Positions 46,079-56,392 are shown, counted from the stretch's first letter. The stretch: DNA of 64,000 nucleotides from an uncultured Gemmatimonadales bacterium (GCA_963844035.1 CAWJMT010000037.1:224001-288000), one strand, 5' to 3'. Made by a program: numbers and translations. Notes: generated by a model from the sequence alone, not told the origin.

Positions 46079-47404
46079 GTGTCACCAAAAGCTGGCCGTG
46101 AGATCGCCCCCGCCAAGGGCAAGCTGGGCGTGTTGCTCGTCGGGCTGGGCGCGGTCTCCACGACGTTCATCGCTGGAGTGGAAAACGTCAGACGCGGCAC
46201 CGCGCTGCCGATCGGATCGCTGTCGCAGATGGCCACGATCCGGCTCGGCAAGCGGGCCGACAAGCGCGCGCCGAAAATTCATGACTTTGTCCCCCTCGCC
46301 GCGCTCAAGGACGTGGTGTTCGGCGCGTGGGACCCGATCCCCGACGATGCGTACGCCGCCGCCGTCAAAGCCGGTGTGCTGGAGGGCAAGCACATCGAGC
46401 CGATCGCCGATTTCCTCAAGGGCATCAAGCCGATGCCCGCGGCGTTCGACCAGGAGTACGTCAAGCGCCTGCAGGGCACCAATGTGAAGCAGGGGAAGAC
46501 CAAGCGCGACCTCGCGGAGCAGCTGCGCGAGGACATCCGCCAGTTCCGGAAGAAGACGGGCGTCGACCGCGTCGTCATGATCTGGGCCGCGTCCACCGAG
46601 ATCTTTCTCGCGCCTGGCCCCACGCACCAGACGCTGGCCACGTTCGAGAAGGCGATGGAACAGAACGACCACTCCATTGCGCCGTCGATGCTGTACGCCT
46701 ACGCGGCGCTGATGGAAAACGTGCCGTTCGCCAATGGCGCCCCGAACCTGACGGTGGACATTCCGGCGCTGGAGCGGCTGGCGGTGGAGCGCAAGGTGCC
46801 GATCGGCGGGAAGGATTTCAAGACGGGCCAGACGATGATCAAGACCGTGCTCGCGCCCGCCTTCAAGGCGCGCATGCTGGGGCTTGCCGGCTGGTACTCG
46901 ACGAACATCCTCGGGAACCGCGACGGCGAAGTACTCGACGACCCCGAATCGTTCAAGACGAAGGAAGAATCGAAGCTCGGCTCACTCGAATACATCCTCC
47001 AGCCCGAGATGTACCCCGAGCTGTACGGCAACGTCTACCACAAGGTGCGCATCAACTACTATCCGCCGCGCGGGGACAACAAGGAAGGGTGGGACAACAT
47101 CGACATCTTCGGGTGGATGGGCTACCCGATGCAGATCAAAGTCGACTTCCTGTGCCGTGACTCGATCCTGGCTGCCCCGCTGCTGCTCGACCTCGCGCTG
47201 TTCTTCGACCTGGCGCAGCGGGCGGGTATGGCGGGCGTCCAGGAATGGCTGTCGTTCTACTTCAAGAGCCCCCAGACCGCGCCGGGTCTCTACCCCGAGC
47301 ACGATCTGTTCATCCAGCAGACCAAGTTCAAGAACACGCTGCGCTGGATGATGGGAGAGGAGCAGATTACCCACCTCGGCATCGAGTACTACGAGAAGGC
47401 GTGA
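46079..47404 (+). CDS. ino1: myo-inositol-1-phosphate synthase
   Basis: G.GAV, GKDFKTGQT, NILGNRDG, GDNKE, DSILAAPL.LDL, FYFKSP. Confidence 0.93.
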   Translation: MSPKAGREIAPAKGKLGVLLVGLGAVSTTFIAGVENVRRGTALPIGSLSQMATIRLGKRADKRAPKIHDFVPLAALKDVVFGAWDPIPDDAYAAAVKAGVLEGKHIEPIADFLKGIKPMPAAFDQEYVKRLQGTNVKQGKTKRDLAEQLREDIRQFRKKTGVDRVVMIWAASTEIFLAPGPTHQTLATFEKAMEQNDHSIAPSMLYAYAALMENVPFANGAPNLTVDIPALERLAVERKVPIGGKDFKTGQTMIKTVLAPAFKARMLGLAGWYSTNILGNRDGEVLDDPESFKTKEESKLGSLEYILQPEMYPELYGNVYHKVRINYYPPRGDNKEGWDNIDIFGWMGYPMQIKVDFLCRDSILAAPLLLDLALFFDLAQRAGMAGVQEWLSFYFKSPQTAPGLYPEHDLFIQQTKFKNTLRWMMGEEQITHLGIEYYEKA

Positions 47405-47829
47405 CGGTCGCGCAGCTCACGGTCACGGCCGTCGGCGTCGTCGCAATCGTCTGGGTGCTGTGGTATTTCCTCTTCTCGACCAATCCGGCCGTCGCCGCCG
47501 CTGAGAGCGATGGGGTGCAGGAAATGCGCGTCATCGTGAAGGGCGGATACACGCCGGACACGATCGTCGTGGAGGCCGGCAAGCCGGTGCGCCTGCAGTT
47601 CTACCGCGACGAGACCGCTGACTGCTCCGAGCGGCTCGTCTTCGAGCCGTTCGGGATCGACGTCGCCCTCCCCGCCTTCCAGACCACGCCCGTCGAGTTC
47701 ACACCCACCGCTGCCGGCGAGTATCCGTTCCGGTGCGGCATGAACATGCTCAAGGGCGTGGTGGTGGTCGAACCGGCCGGCACGGACCGCGCTCCGGCGG
47801 CCTCGCCGCACAAGCTTCATCGAGTGTAG
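47401..47829 (+). CDS. Membrane-anchored cupredoxin-domain protein
   Basis: KGGYTP, CSE, F.CGMNM.KG. Confidence 0.85.
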   Translation: MTVAQLTVTAVGVVAIVWVLWYFLFSTNPAVAAAESDGVQEMRVIVKGGYTPDTIVVEAGKPVRLQFYRDETADCSERLVFEPFGIDVALPAFQTTPVEFTPTAAGEYPFRCGMNMLKGVVVVEPAGTDRAPAASPHKLHRV

Positions 47830-47832
47830 CGC

Positions 47833-50394
47833 ATGACCGGGGCGCGCATTGTGTTGCCGATCGAGGGCATGAGCTGCGCGAGTTGCGCCGCGACGGTCCG
47901 GGACGCCTTGGCGAATGCTCAGGGCGTGACCGCCGCCACGGTCAACTACGCCACGGCCAAAGCGGCCGTGGATTACGACCCCGCGCGCACCCACATCGCC
48001 GAGTTGATCCGCACCGTGCGCGGGGCGGGCTACGATTGCGGGACCGCGAGTGTCAGCTTCAGTGTGGCGGACCTCCACTACGCTCCCAGCGTCGCGCCGC
48101 TCGAGCGGGCGCTCGCCCGGGTGAAGGGCGTGGTGCGGGCGGTGGCGAACCAGGCGACCGAAACGGTCGCCGTGGACTACGTGCCCGGCGCGACCACCGC
48201 GGCGGAGCTCGAGCACGCGGTCGAGTCCGCGGGATTCCGGGTGGCGGAGCCGATCGCCACCGCCGACCCGATCGAGCGCGAGCGGGTGGCGCGCGCGCGC
48301 GAGATCCGCACGCTCGGCGGGAAGTTCGCGCTCGCCGCTTTCGTGGCGGTGATCGCGATGCTGGGCTCGATGATTCTCATGGCGGCGACGCCCCTCGGCG
48401 CCGCCGAGACCGCCAAGGGCGTCGACCTGCTCGGCCACCTGCTCATGCCGCTCGCCGCCCGGTTGCAGGCGCTGGTGGATCCGGGCGGGCGGCTCGCCCC
48501 GGTGTGGATCAAGGTCGGTCTTGCCGTGCTGACGCTTCCCGTGATCGTATGGTCGGGACAGCAGTTCTATCGCGGTGCATGGAGCGGGTTCAAGCACCGC
48601 ACCGCCGACATGAACACCCTGATCGCCCTCGGCACGGGCGCCGCCTACCTCTACTCGCTCGCTGCCACGGTTGCGCCGGGTCTGTTCGCGCGGGCGGGGC
48701 TGCCCGCCGACGTCTACTACGAGGCTGCAGCGGCGATCATTGCATTCATTCTGTTGGGCCGGCTGCTCGAGGCGCGCGCCAAAGGGCGCACCTCCGAGGC
48801 GATCCGCCGGCTGGCGACGCTGAAGGTGCCGGTCGCCCACGTGAAGCGCGACGGCCGGGAGACTGATATCGCGGTGGAAGCGGTCGTGACCGGCGACGTA
48901 GTGATCGTGAAGCCGGGGGAGCGGATCCCGGTGGATGGTCTGGTCACAGAGGGCGTGTCCGCCGTGGACCAGTCGATGGTGACCGGAGAGCCGATGCCGG
49001 TCTCGGCGAAGATCGGTGACGAGGTGATCGGCGGCACGATCAACACCACCGGCAGCATTACGATCCGGGCCACCAGGGTGGGGAAGGACTCCGCCCTGGC
49101 GCAGATCGTTCAGCTCGTCGAGGACGCGCTCGCCACCAAGGCGCCGATCCAGCGGCTTGCCGACCGCGTGGCGGGGGTGTTTGTCCCCATTGTGCTCGCG
49201 CTCGCCATCGCGGCCTTCGTCCTCTGGTTCGACCTCGGACCCGAGCCCGCCGTCGTGTTCGCGACGGTGGCGCTCGTCACGGTGCTCATCATCGCCTGTC
49301 CCTGCGCGCTCGGACTTGCGACGCCGACCGCACTGCTCGTCGGCACGGGGAAAGCGGCCGAGTACGGGATTCTGATCCGCAGCGGCGAGGCGCTGGAGAA
49401 GCTCGCGGGCGTGCGGACCGTCCTGCTCGACAAGACCGGAACTCTCACCGAGGGGCGGCCCACGGTCACGCACATCGTGTCGGCCAAGAAGCAGGACGGG
49501 ACCCCTATCGCCGCCGCCGAAGTGCTCAGGTGGGCGGCCTCGGTGGAGCAGCGCTCCGAGCACCCGCTCGCGCGCGCCATCCTCAAGGCGGCGAAGGAAA
49601 AACAAGTCGAGGTCCTGCCGGTCGAGAAGTTCGCCATGATGGAGGGCCGCGGCGTCCGCGGGACGGTGGACCGGCGCATCATCGAGGTGATTTCGCTGCG
49701 GCACGCGCGCGAGCGCAGTCTCGAGCTTGGGGGGCTCGGCCAGGTCGCCGATCGTCTGGCCGCGCAGGCGCGCACCCCGGTCGTCGTCGTCGTCAACAAC
49801 ACCGTCTACGCCATCATCGCGATCTCGGATCCGATCAAGCCGACGTCGCGCGACGCGGTCGCGGACCTCAAGCGGCGGGGCCTCGCCGTCATCATGGTCT
49901 CGGGCGACTCACGTGCCGGGGCGGAGGCGGTGGCCAAAGAAGTGGGGATCGACGACGTGTTGCCGGAGGTGCTCCCCTCGCAGAAGGCGGAGCTCGTGCG
50001 CAAACTTCAGAAACAGGGGAAGCGCGTGGCCATGGTCGGGGACGGAATCAACGACGCCCCCGCGTTGGCCCAGGCGGACGTCGGACTCGCCATTGGGACA
50101 GGGGCTGACATCGCCACCGAAGCGTCCGATGTGACCTTGATTCGCGCCGATCCGCGCGGCGTGATCGCGGCCCTGGACCTGTCGCGCCGCACCATGCGGA
50201 CCATCCGCTTGAATCTGTTTTGGGCGTTTCTCTACAACGTGCTCGGCATTCCCATCGCGGCGGGCGCGTTGTACCCGCTCTTCGGGGTGCTGCTATCGCC
50301 CGTGATCGCGAGCGCCGCGATGGCGTGGTCCAGCCTGAGCGTCGTCCTCAACAGTCTGACACTGCGGCGCTTCAAGCCCGCCTGGGAGGCGTGA
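47833..50394 (+). CDS. copA: Cu(I)-exporting P1B-type ATPase
   Basis: GMSCASC, TGE, CPCALG, DKTGT, SEHP, GDGINDAP, YN, MAWSS. Confidence 0.95.
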   Translation: MTGARIVLPIEGMSCASCAATVRDALANAQGVTAATVNYATAKAAVDYDPARTHIAELIRTVRGAGYDCGTASVSFSVADLHYAPSVAPLERALARVKGVVRAVANQATETVAVDYVPGATTAAELEHAVESAGFRVAEPIATADPIERERVARAREIRTLGGKFALAAFVAVIAMLGSMILMAATPLGAAETAKGVDLLGHLLMPLAARLQALVDPGGRLAPVWIKVGLAVLTLPVIVWSGQQFYRGAWSGFKHRTADMNTLIALGTGAAYLYSLAATVAPGLFARAGLPADVYYEAAAAIIAFILLGRLLEARAKGRTSEAIRRLATLKVPVAHVKRDGRETDIAVEAVVTGDVVIVKPGERIPVDGLVTEGVSAVDQSMVTGEPMPVSAKIGDEVIGGTINTTGSITIRATRVGKDSALAQIVQLVEDALATKAPIQRLADRVAGVFVPIVLALAIAAFVLWFDLGPEPAVVFATVALVTVLIIACPCALGLATPTALLVGTGKAAEYGILIRSGEALEKLAGVRTVLLDKTGTLTEGRPTVTHIVSAKKQDGTPIAAAEVLRWAASVEQRSEHPLARAILKAAKEKQVEVLPVEKFAMMEGRGVRGTVDRRIIEVISLRHARERSLELGGLGQVADRLAAQARTPVVVVVNNTVYAIIAISDPIKPTSRDAVADLKRRGLAVIMVSGDSRAGAEAVAKEVGIDDVLPEVLPSQKAELVRKLQKQGKRVAMVGDGINDAPALAQADVGLAIGTGADIATEASDVTLIRADPRGVIAALDLSRRTMRTIRLNLFWAFLYNVLGIPIAAGALYPLFGVLLSPVIASAAMAWSSLSVVLNSLTLRRFKPAWEA

Positions 50395-50687
50395 CCGTGC
50401 GTTACTTCCACCGTACTTCGGTTTCCCCCGACCGGGCGCTCGACCTGGCGAAAGGATTTTTTGGGGCCCGGCTGGTTCCCGCCGAAGAAGCGCCGCGGCG
50501 GCGCACGTACACCGGGACGCTCGGCAAGGTGACGATCAGCGCGCGGGCGGAAGGCGGGCACTACACATTCGTCGAGGTCAGCACCGATCAGCCGGGCGAA
50601 GCGGAGCTGGACCGGCTGGCGAAGCGGTTTCTTGCGGAGTTGCACCGGCGGGCCGACCCGACCCACCAGGTGCGGGGAGGTTATTGA
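50391..50687 (+). CDS. Small hypothetical protein
   Basis: GTGA overlap with copA; 98-aa alpha/beta-like ORF. Confidence 0.6.
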   Translation: MTVRYFHRTSVSPDRALDLAKGFFGARLVPAEEAPRRRTYTGTLGKVTISARAEGGHYTFVEVSTDQPGEAELDRLAKRFLAELHRRADPTHQVRGGY

Positions 50688-50693
50688 GTTCGC

Positions 50694-50909
50694 TCACCCC
50701 GCCAGCGTCGCCCGATATCCCGCCTGCTCGACCGCCGCGACGAGCTGCGCCGGTGTGGCGGTGTCGTCCTCGAAGTCGACCTCCGCTTCGCCCAGCTGCA
50801 GATCCACCACGGCGGCATAAACGCCGGCGGTCTCCTGGAGCGCTTTCGCTACCTTCGCCTGACAATGCGCGCAGTGCATACCCGTTACGCGCAGTCTGAT
50901 GTTCGCCAT
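50694..50909 (-). CDS. copZ: Copper chaperone (HMA)
   Basis: GMHCAHC, AVEQAGY. Confidence 0.92.
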   Translation of the reverse strand: MANIRLRVTGMHCAHCQAKVAKALQETAGVYAAVVDLQLGEAEVDFEDDTATPAQLVAAVEQAGYRATLAG

Positions 50910-50978
50910 CTAGCCCTCCCGGGCGCTTGATTTGGGTGGGGCTGCCATCCAAGTTTCACGCCCACTACAATTTACGTA

Positions 50979-52052
50979 ATGACGTCGCGTGCCGCTCCAG
51001 CTGTTCCGACTCCTCGCGAGACGCCCCCGACAATCCCGGCGGGGCTGACACGGGCCCAACTCCTCGAAATCTATCGCTACCTGCGCCTGACGCGCACGCT
51101 CGAAGAGCGGCTCGTCGCCCTGTACCGCCAGAGCAAGGTGATCGGCGGATTGTTCCGGTCGCTGGGCCAGGAGGGCGAATCGGTCGGGTCGGCGTACGCA
51201 CTCGAACGGGGGCAACATCGGGATTTCCTGTCGCCGCTGATTCGCAATCTTGGCTCGATGCTCGTCATGGGCGCGCGTCCGGTGGAGATCCTGCGGCAGT
51301 ACATGGCCAAGGGGACCTCGCCCAGCGGCGGACGCGAGCTGAACGTCCACTTCGGCGACCTCGACGCTCGGGTACCTCGGCCAGATTTCCCATCTGGGCG
51401 ACATGATTCCGGTGCTGGCCGGGATCGCCTTGACCTTCAAACTGCGCGGCGAGCGGCGCGTCGCGCTCGTCTACATCGGCGACGGCGGCACGTCGACCGG
51501 GACGTTCCACGAAGGGCTCAACTTTGCCGCGGTGCAGCGCGTGCCCCTGGTGGTGATCGGGGAGTACAACCACTGGGCGTACTCCACGCCGCCCGACCAA
51601 ACAGTTCGCCGCTCCGCACCTCGTGGACCGGGTCCGGGGCTACGGGGTCGCCGCGAGCAGCGTGGACGGCAACGACGTCCTCGCGGTGTACGCGGAAACG
51701 AAGCGATGCGGTGGAACGCGCGCGGCGCGGCGAGGGCGTCCAGTTCATCGAGGTGAAGACCTACCGGCGCGCGGGCCACGCCGAGCACGATGACCAGCGC
51801 TACGTGCCGGCGGGCGAGCTCGAGCGCTGGGCGCGCGAGAACGATCCCGTAGACCGCTACGTCCTGCGCCTGCTCGACAACGAATGGGTGACGGCGCGCG
51901 AGCTCGAAGACACGGACGCGAGCGTGCGGGAGGAGATCGCCGCGGCCGTGGACGCCTGTGTGGACGATCCCGGACCGCTTCCGGAGTCGGCGTTGCCGGC
52001 GGTGTATGCGGATCCACCCGCCGCGCCCATCCACTGGTATCGGAGCCTCTGA
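50979..52052 (+). CDS. 2-oxoacid dehydrogenase E1 alpha (frameshifted)
   Basis: GQE, GDGGTSTG.FHEGLN, DGND, YR..GH..HD. Confidence 0.88.
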   Translation: MTSRAAPAVPTPRETPPTIPAGLTRAQLLEIYRYLRLTRTLEERLVALYRQSKVIGGLFRSLGQEGESVGSAYALERGQHRDFLSPLIRNLGSMLVMGARPVEILRQYMAKGTSPSGGRELNVHFGDLDARVPRPDFPSGRHDSGAGRDRLDLQTARRAARRARLHRRRRHVDRDVPRRAQLCRGAARAPGGDRGVQPLGVLHAARPNSSPLRTSWTGSGATGSPRAAWTATTSSRCTRKRSDAVERARRGEGVQFIEVKTYRRAGHAEHDDQRYVPAGELERWARENDPVDRYVLRLLDNEWVTARELEDTDASVREEIAAAVDACVDDPGPLPESALPAVYADPPAAPIHWYRSL

Positions 52053-53033
52053 GTGGCGGAGATCACCTACCTCGACGCCGTGCGCGAAGGCTTGCGCGAG
52101 GAGATGGTGCGCGACGAGCGCGTCTTCATCCTCGGCGAGGACGTGGGGCTGTACGGCGGTGCGTTCAAGGTGACCGAGGGCCTGATGGAGCAGTTCGGCG
52201 AGCGCCGCGTGATCGACACACCGATCTCCGAGGCGGCGATCGTCGGCGCCGCGGCGGGGGCGGCGCACATGGGGATGCGGCCCGTGGCCGAGATGCAGTT
52301 CATCGATTTCATCTCGTGCGCGTACGACATGCTGACGAACTACGTGGCGACGGCGCGCTACCGCGCCGGCCTGACGACGCCGCTCGTGGTGCGGGGGCCG
52401 TGCGGCGGGTACGTGCGCGGCGGCCCGTTTCACTCGCAGAACGTCGAGGCGGCGTTCTTTCATACGCCGGGGCTCAAGATCGTGTACCCTGCGACCGTGG
52501 CGGACGCGAAAGGGTTGATCAAGAGCGCGATCCGCGACGAGGACCCGGTCATCTACCTGGAGCACAAGTGGTTGTACCGGCGGGTGAAGGCGGAACTGCC
52601 CGCGGGGAGCGACCTCTTGACCCCGATCGGCGAAGCGCGGCTGGCGCGCGAGGGGGATGCCCTGTCCATTGTGACGTACGGGGCGACGGTGTGGAAGGCG
52701 CTCGAGGCCGCCGATATCCTCGCGCAGCAGGACGGGATGTCGGTTGAGGTGCTCGACCTGCGCACGCTCGTGCCGATGGACGACGCGGCTATCATGCGCT
52801 CGGTGCGCAAGACGAGCAAAGTGCTCATCGTGCATGAGGACACGCGCACCGGGGGTATCGCGGGGGAGATCGCCGCGCGGATCAACGAGCAGGCCTTCGA
52901 GTGGCTGGACGGGCCCATCATGCGGGTTACGGCCCACGACGTGCCGCTGCCGTACGCGCCGGCGCTCGAGGATTTCGTGCTGCCGCAGACGGACGACATC
53001 GTGAAGGCGGCGAGATGGCTGGCAAAATACTGA
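52053..53033 (+). CDS. 2-oxoacid dehydrogenase E1 beta
   Basis: LGEDV..YGG.F, DTPISE, EMQF.DF, HSQ, EHK.LY, DLRTL.P. Confidence 0.93.
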   Translation: MAEITYLDAVREGLREEMVRDERVFILGEDVGLYGGAFKVTEGLMEQFGERRVIDTPISEAAIVGAAAGAAHMGMRPVAEMQFIDFISCAYDMLTNYVATARYRAGLTTPLVVRGPCGGYVRGGPFHSQNVEAAFFHTPGLKIVYPATVADAKGLIKSAIRDEDPVIYLEHKWLYRRVKAELPAGSDLLTPIGEARLAREGDALSIVTYGATVWKALEAADILAQQDGMSVEVLDLRTLVPMDDAAIMRSVRKTSKVLIVHEDTRTGGIAGEIAARINEQAFEWLDGPIMRVTAHDVPLPYAPALEDFVLPQTDDIVKAARWLAKY

Positions 53034-53102
53034 GGTGCCAGGTGCAAGGTGTCAGGTGTCAGGGTGAATTCCCCTGGCACCTGACACCTGACACCGGACA
53101 CC
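53034..53102. repeat. Heptamer tandem-repeat palindrome
   Basis: Four GGTGTCA-like units (53034-53061), a loop, four TGACACC-like units (53075-53102). Confidence 0.85.
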
Positions 53103-53112
53103 TGGAGGTTCC

Positions 53113-54525
53113 ATGGCCCGCATAGACGTCCTCATGCCCCAGATGGGCGAGTCCATCGCCGAGGGCACCGTGAGCAAGTGGCTGAAGAAGGTCGGCGACG
53201 CGGTGCAGCGGGACGAGCCGCTGTTCGAGATCTCGACCGACAAGGTCGATGCCGAGATTCCGTCTCCCAACGCCGGTGTCCTGGCCGAGATCAAGGTGCA
53301 GGAGGGACAGACGGTGCCGGTGCTGACGCTCGTCGCCGTGCTCGAGACCGACGCCAAAGCCGGCGCTGCTCCCGCCACAGCCGCTCCGGCGGCCCCACCC
53401 GCAGCAGCGAAGCCAGCGCCCGCTCCGGTCGCAGCCCCGACGGCACCCCCCGTCGCAGCAGCCCAGAGGGCGCCCGCTGCTCCTGGGGCCCCCGTCGCGG
53501 CCGCTCCCGCCGGCTACTGCTGCGCCTGACCGCCCGACCGCCGCCTCATCGACCGCCGCTGCACCGACCGCCGCTTCACCCGACTCCGCCGATCGTCTTC
53601 GCACCAAGTCGACGCCGCTCGTGCGCAAGATCGCGGCGGAGCATCAGGTCGATATCTCGACGCATCTCGGGTTCGGGCATCGCGGGGCGTGTGACGAAGC
53701 AGGACATCCTGGGCTTCATCGAGAAAGCCGCGGCCGCGCCACCCGTCTCCGGCCCCGTCGACCGCCCGACCGCCCGACCGCCCGACCGCCGCCTTTGTTG
53801 CTCCCCCCGTCGAAGCCTGGCCCGGCGATCGTGTGGAGCCGTTCTCGAAGATCCGGAAGATCACGGCCGACCACATGGTGATGTCACGACGCATTTCGGC
53901 GCACGTGACGAGCTTCTTCGAGGTCGATTTCACGCACATCGCGGAGCTGCGCCGCAAAAACAAGACATCGTATAGCGAGCGGGGCGCGAACCTCACCTAC
54001 CTCGCGTTCATCGTGAAGGCGTGCGCCGAGAACCTGCGGCGGCACCCGGTGGTCAACTCGGCCGTGTCGGGCGAGAGCATCATCTATCGCAGCGAAGTCA
54101 ACATCGGGATCGCGGTGGCGTTGGATTGGGGCTTGATCGTCCCCGTGGTCAAGCACGCGGACGAGCTCTCGCTGATCGGTCTCGCCAAGGCGATCAACGA
54201 TCTCGGCGACCGGGCGCGATCCAAACGGCTGTCTCCCGACGAGGTGCAGCGGGGCACGTTCACGATCACGAACCCGGGCGTGTTCGGGTCGTTCGTGGGC
54301 GCGCCGATCATCAACCAACCCCAGGTGGCGATCCTGGGTGTGGGGGGGATCGAAAAGCGCCCGCGGGTGATTACTCTTCCCGACGGGTCGGACACGATCG
54401 GCATTCGCACGATGGGGATGCTGTCGATGTCCTACGACCACCGGGTGGTGGATGGCGCCGACGCCGACCGGTTCCTCGCCGACGTCAAGAAGCTGCTGCA
54501 GGACTTTCCTGAAGGAGCGGTCTGA
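53113..54525 (+). CDS. Dihydrolipoamide acyltransferase E2 (frameshifted in the linker)
   Basis: Lipoyl STDKV, GSG..GRVTK.D binding domain, GTFTITN.G, DHRVVDG. Confidence 0.92.
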
Positions 54526-54839
54526 TGGCGAAAGTGCTCACCGCCGCGCGGGTTCGCGTGCCCGCGCCGCGCGAAACGGACTACCTGGGGACCCTGCGCG
54601 AGCTCTGTCAGTTCGCCAACGCCCGGGGCCAGCGCATCTGGGTGTTCCGCAACGCCAAGGACCCCCAGCTCTTCATCGAGTTCTCCGAGAGCGCCACCGA
54701 GATGTCGCACCGGGCGCAAGCCTCACGGCTACCCGAGGAGATCACTCTGGAGCGCCGCCTCGAGGGCATCGCCACCTACGCTCCGGACGCCTGGGAGCTG
54801 TGGACCGAAGTGCCCCTCACGGCACCTGCGGACGCGTGA
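54525..54839 (+). CDS. Hypothetical protein (dimeric alpha/beta-barrel-like)
   Basis: TGATG coupling; WVFRN..DP.LFIEF.E pattern. Confidence 0.65.
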   Translation: MAKVLTAARVRVPAPRETDYLGTLRELCQFANARGQRIWVFRNAKDPQLFIEFSESATEMSHRAQASRLPEEITLERRLEGIATYAPDAWELWTEVPLTAPADA

Positions 54840-54841
54840 CG

Positions 54842-55111
54842 ATGGCGCGGCGCACGATCGTGGTGGACGGCGAGAACTGGGAGGTGTACCCCTCCGGGCG
54901 CCGGACCGTGTACGACAAGGATCAGTTCGGGCTCGTATTCCAGCAGGGCACCGGTCCCGACCGGAAGCGGCGCTTCACCCGCTACGCGCCGGTCGGCAGC
55001 CGCGGCGTCGACGCATCGCTCACCGGCATCCCCGAACGCCGGCTCCTCGACCTGTTTCACGAGTCGCAGCCGGCCTGGACCTCGCCGGAAGGATCCTATG
55101 GCGTGCGTTGA
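54842..55111 (+). CDS. Hypothetical protein
   Basis: Fills the operon gap; protein-like composition. Confidence 0.6.
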   Translation: MARRTIVVDGENWEVYPSGRRTVYDKDQFGLVFQQGTGPDRKRRFTRYAPVGSRGVDASLTGIPERRLLDLFHESQPAWTSPEGSYGVR

Positions 55112-55937
55112 TCTCCACTGCCATTCGACCGCCTCCGACGGAGAGTGTCCCCCGGCCGAGGTCGTCCAGCGGGCCAAGCAGGCCAAGCTCACGGCGATCG
55201 CCCTCACCGATCACGACACCACCGAAGGAATGGAAGAGGCAGTCCGGGAGGGCGAGGCGGTCGGCGTGCGCGTGATCTGCGGTTGCGAGTTCAGCACCCG
55301 CGCTCCGTGGGGAGAGCTGCACCTCCTGGGATACTTCCTCGACGCGACCCATGCGGGGCTCCAGGCGTTCCTGGTGGAGACCCGCGCCGCCCGGCGGCGG
55401 CGCGGCGAGCAGATGGTGAGCAAGCTCCAGGCGCTGGGCATTGCGATCGACCTCGCGGACCTGGAGGAGCAGGTGGGCGCCGGCGCGGTGGGACGCCCGC
55501 ACGTGGCACGCGCGCTGGTGGAGCGGGGCGCCAGCGCTGACATCAACGAGGCGTTTGAGCGCTACCTCGGCCGCGGTCGTATCGCGTACGTCGAGAAGCC
55601 GCTTCCGTCGCTGGTCCGCGTCACGGAGTTGGTGCATGAAGTCGGCGGCCTGGCGGTCGCGGCGCACCTGGGGGACCACGGCACGGAGGGGCAGATTCGC
55701 GAGTTCAAGGCGCAGGGACTCGATGGCGTCGAAGTGCGTCACCCGAGCCACTCCGAGGCTACGGAGGCGAGGTTGATCCGCATCGCCGAGCGTCTCGGGC
55801 TTGGGATGAGCGGCGGATCGGATTGGCATGGCGACAGCGAGTTCGGCAACTCGCATGCGCCGCTCGGAGGGCTCGAGATTCCGCTCGAATGGTTGGAACG
55901 GCTCGAGACGAGGCGCAAGGAGGCGCAACGCTCATGA
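55098..55937 (+). CDS. PHP-domain phosphatase (YciV/TrpH-like)
   Basis: DLHCHSTASDG, TDHD, GRPHVA, AH, GGSDWHG. Confidence 0.92.
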   Translation: MACVDLHCHSTASDGECPPAEVVQRAKQAKLTAIALTDHDTTEGMEEAVREGEAVGVRVICGCEFSTRAPWGELHLLGYFLDATHAGLQAFLVETRAARRRRGEQMVSKLQALGIAIDLADLEEQVGAGAVGRPHVARALVERGASADINEAFERYLGRGRIAYVEKPLPSLVRVTELVHEVGGLAVAAHLGDHGTEGQIREFKAQGLDGVEVRHPSHSEATEARLIRIAERLGLGMSGGSDWHGDSEFGNSHAPLGGLEIPLEWLERLETRRKEAQRS

Positions 55938-56392
55938 GCGATCTACTGAAGGTGGGGAGCAAGGCGCCGGCGTTCACGGCGGCCGCCTCGGATGGCAAGA
56001 CCTACACGCTGTCCGATCTATTGAAGCGCGGACCCGTGGCGCTTGTGATGTACCCGGCCAACAATACGCCCGGGTGCAACCGGCAGCTCTCGTGCGTGCG
56101 TGACGAGATAGCGGACTTCGCGGCACACGGCATCCAGCCGTTCGGCGTCAATCCCGCGGGAGTCGAGAGTCACGCGAATTTCGTCGAGAAGATGAAGTTC
56201 AATTTCCCCCTCCTCTCCGATCCCGACCGCGCGATTGCCCGCGCCTATCATGCGCTGAAAGATGACGACCGGGGAATCCAGCGCTCGGTGTACGTCATCG
56301 GCCGGAACGGACAGATCGCGTTTGCGCAGCGCGGTGCCCCGCCGGTCAGCGAGATCGTCGCCGCGGTGGACGCGGGCGGCCGTGGCCCCTGA
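55934..56392 (+). CDS. Peroxiredoxin, BCP-like
   Basis: YPANNTPGC, FPLLSD, RSVYVI. Confidence 0.87.
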   Translation: MSDLLKVGSKAPAFTAAASDGKTYTLSDLLKRGPVALVMYPANNTPGCNRQLSCVRDEIADFAAHGIQPFGVNPAGVESHANFVEKMKFNFPLLSDPDRAIARAYHALKDDDRGIQRSVYVIGRNGQIAFAQRGAPPVSEIVAAVDAGGRGP

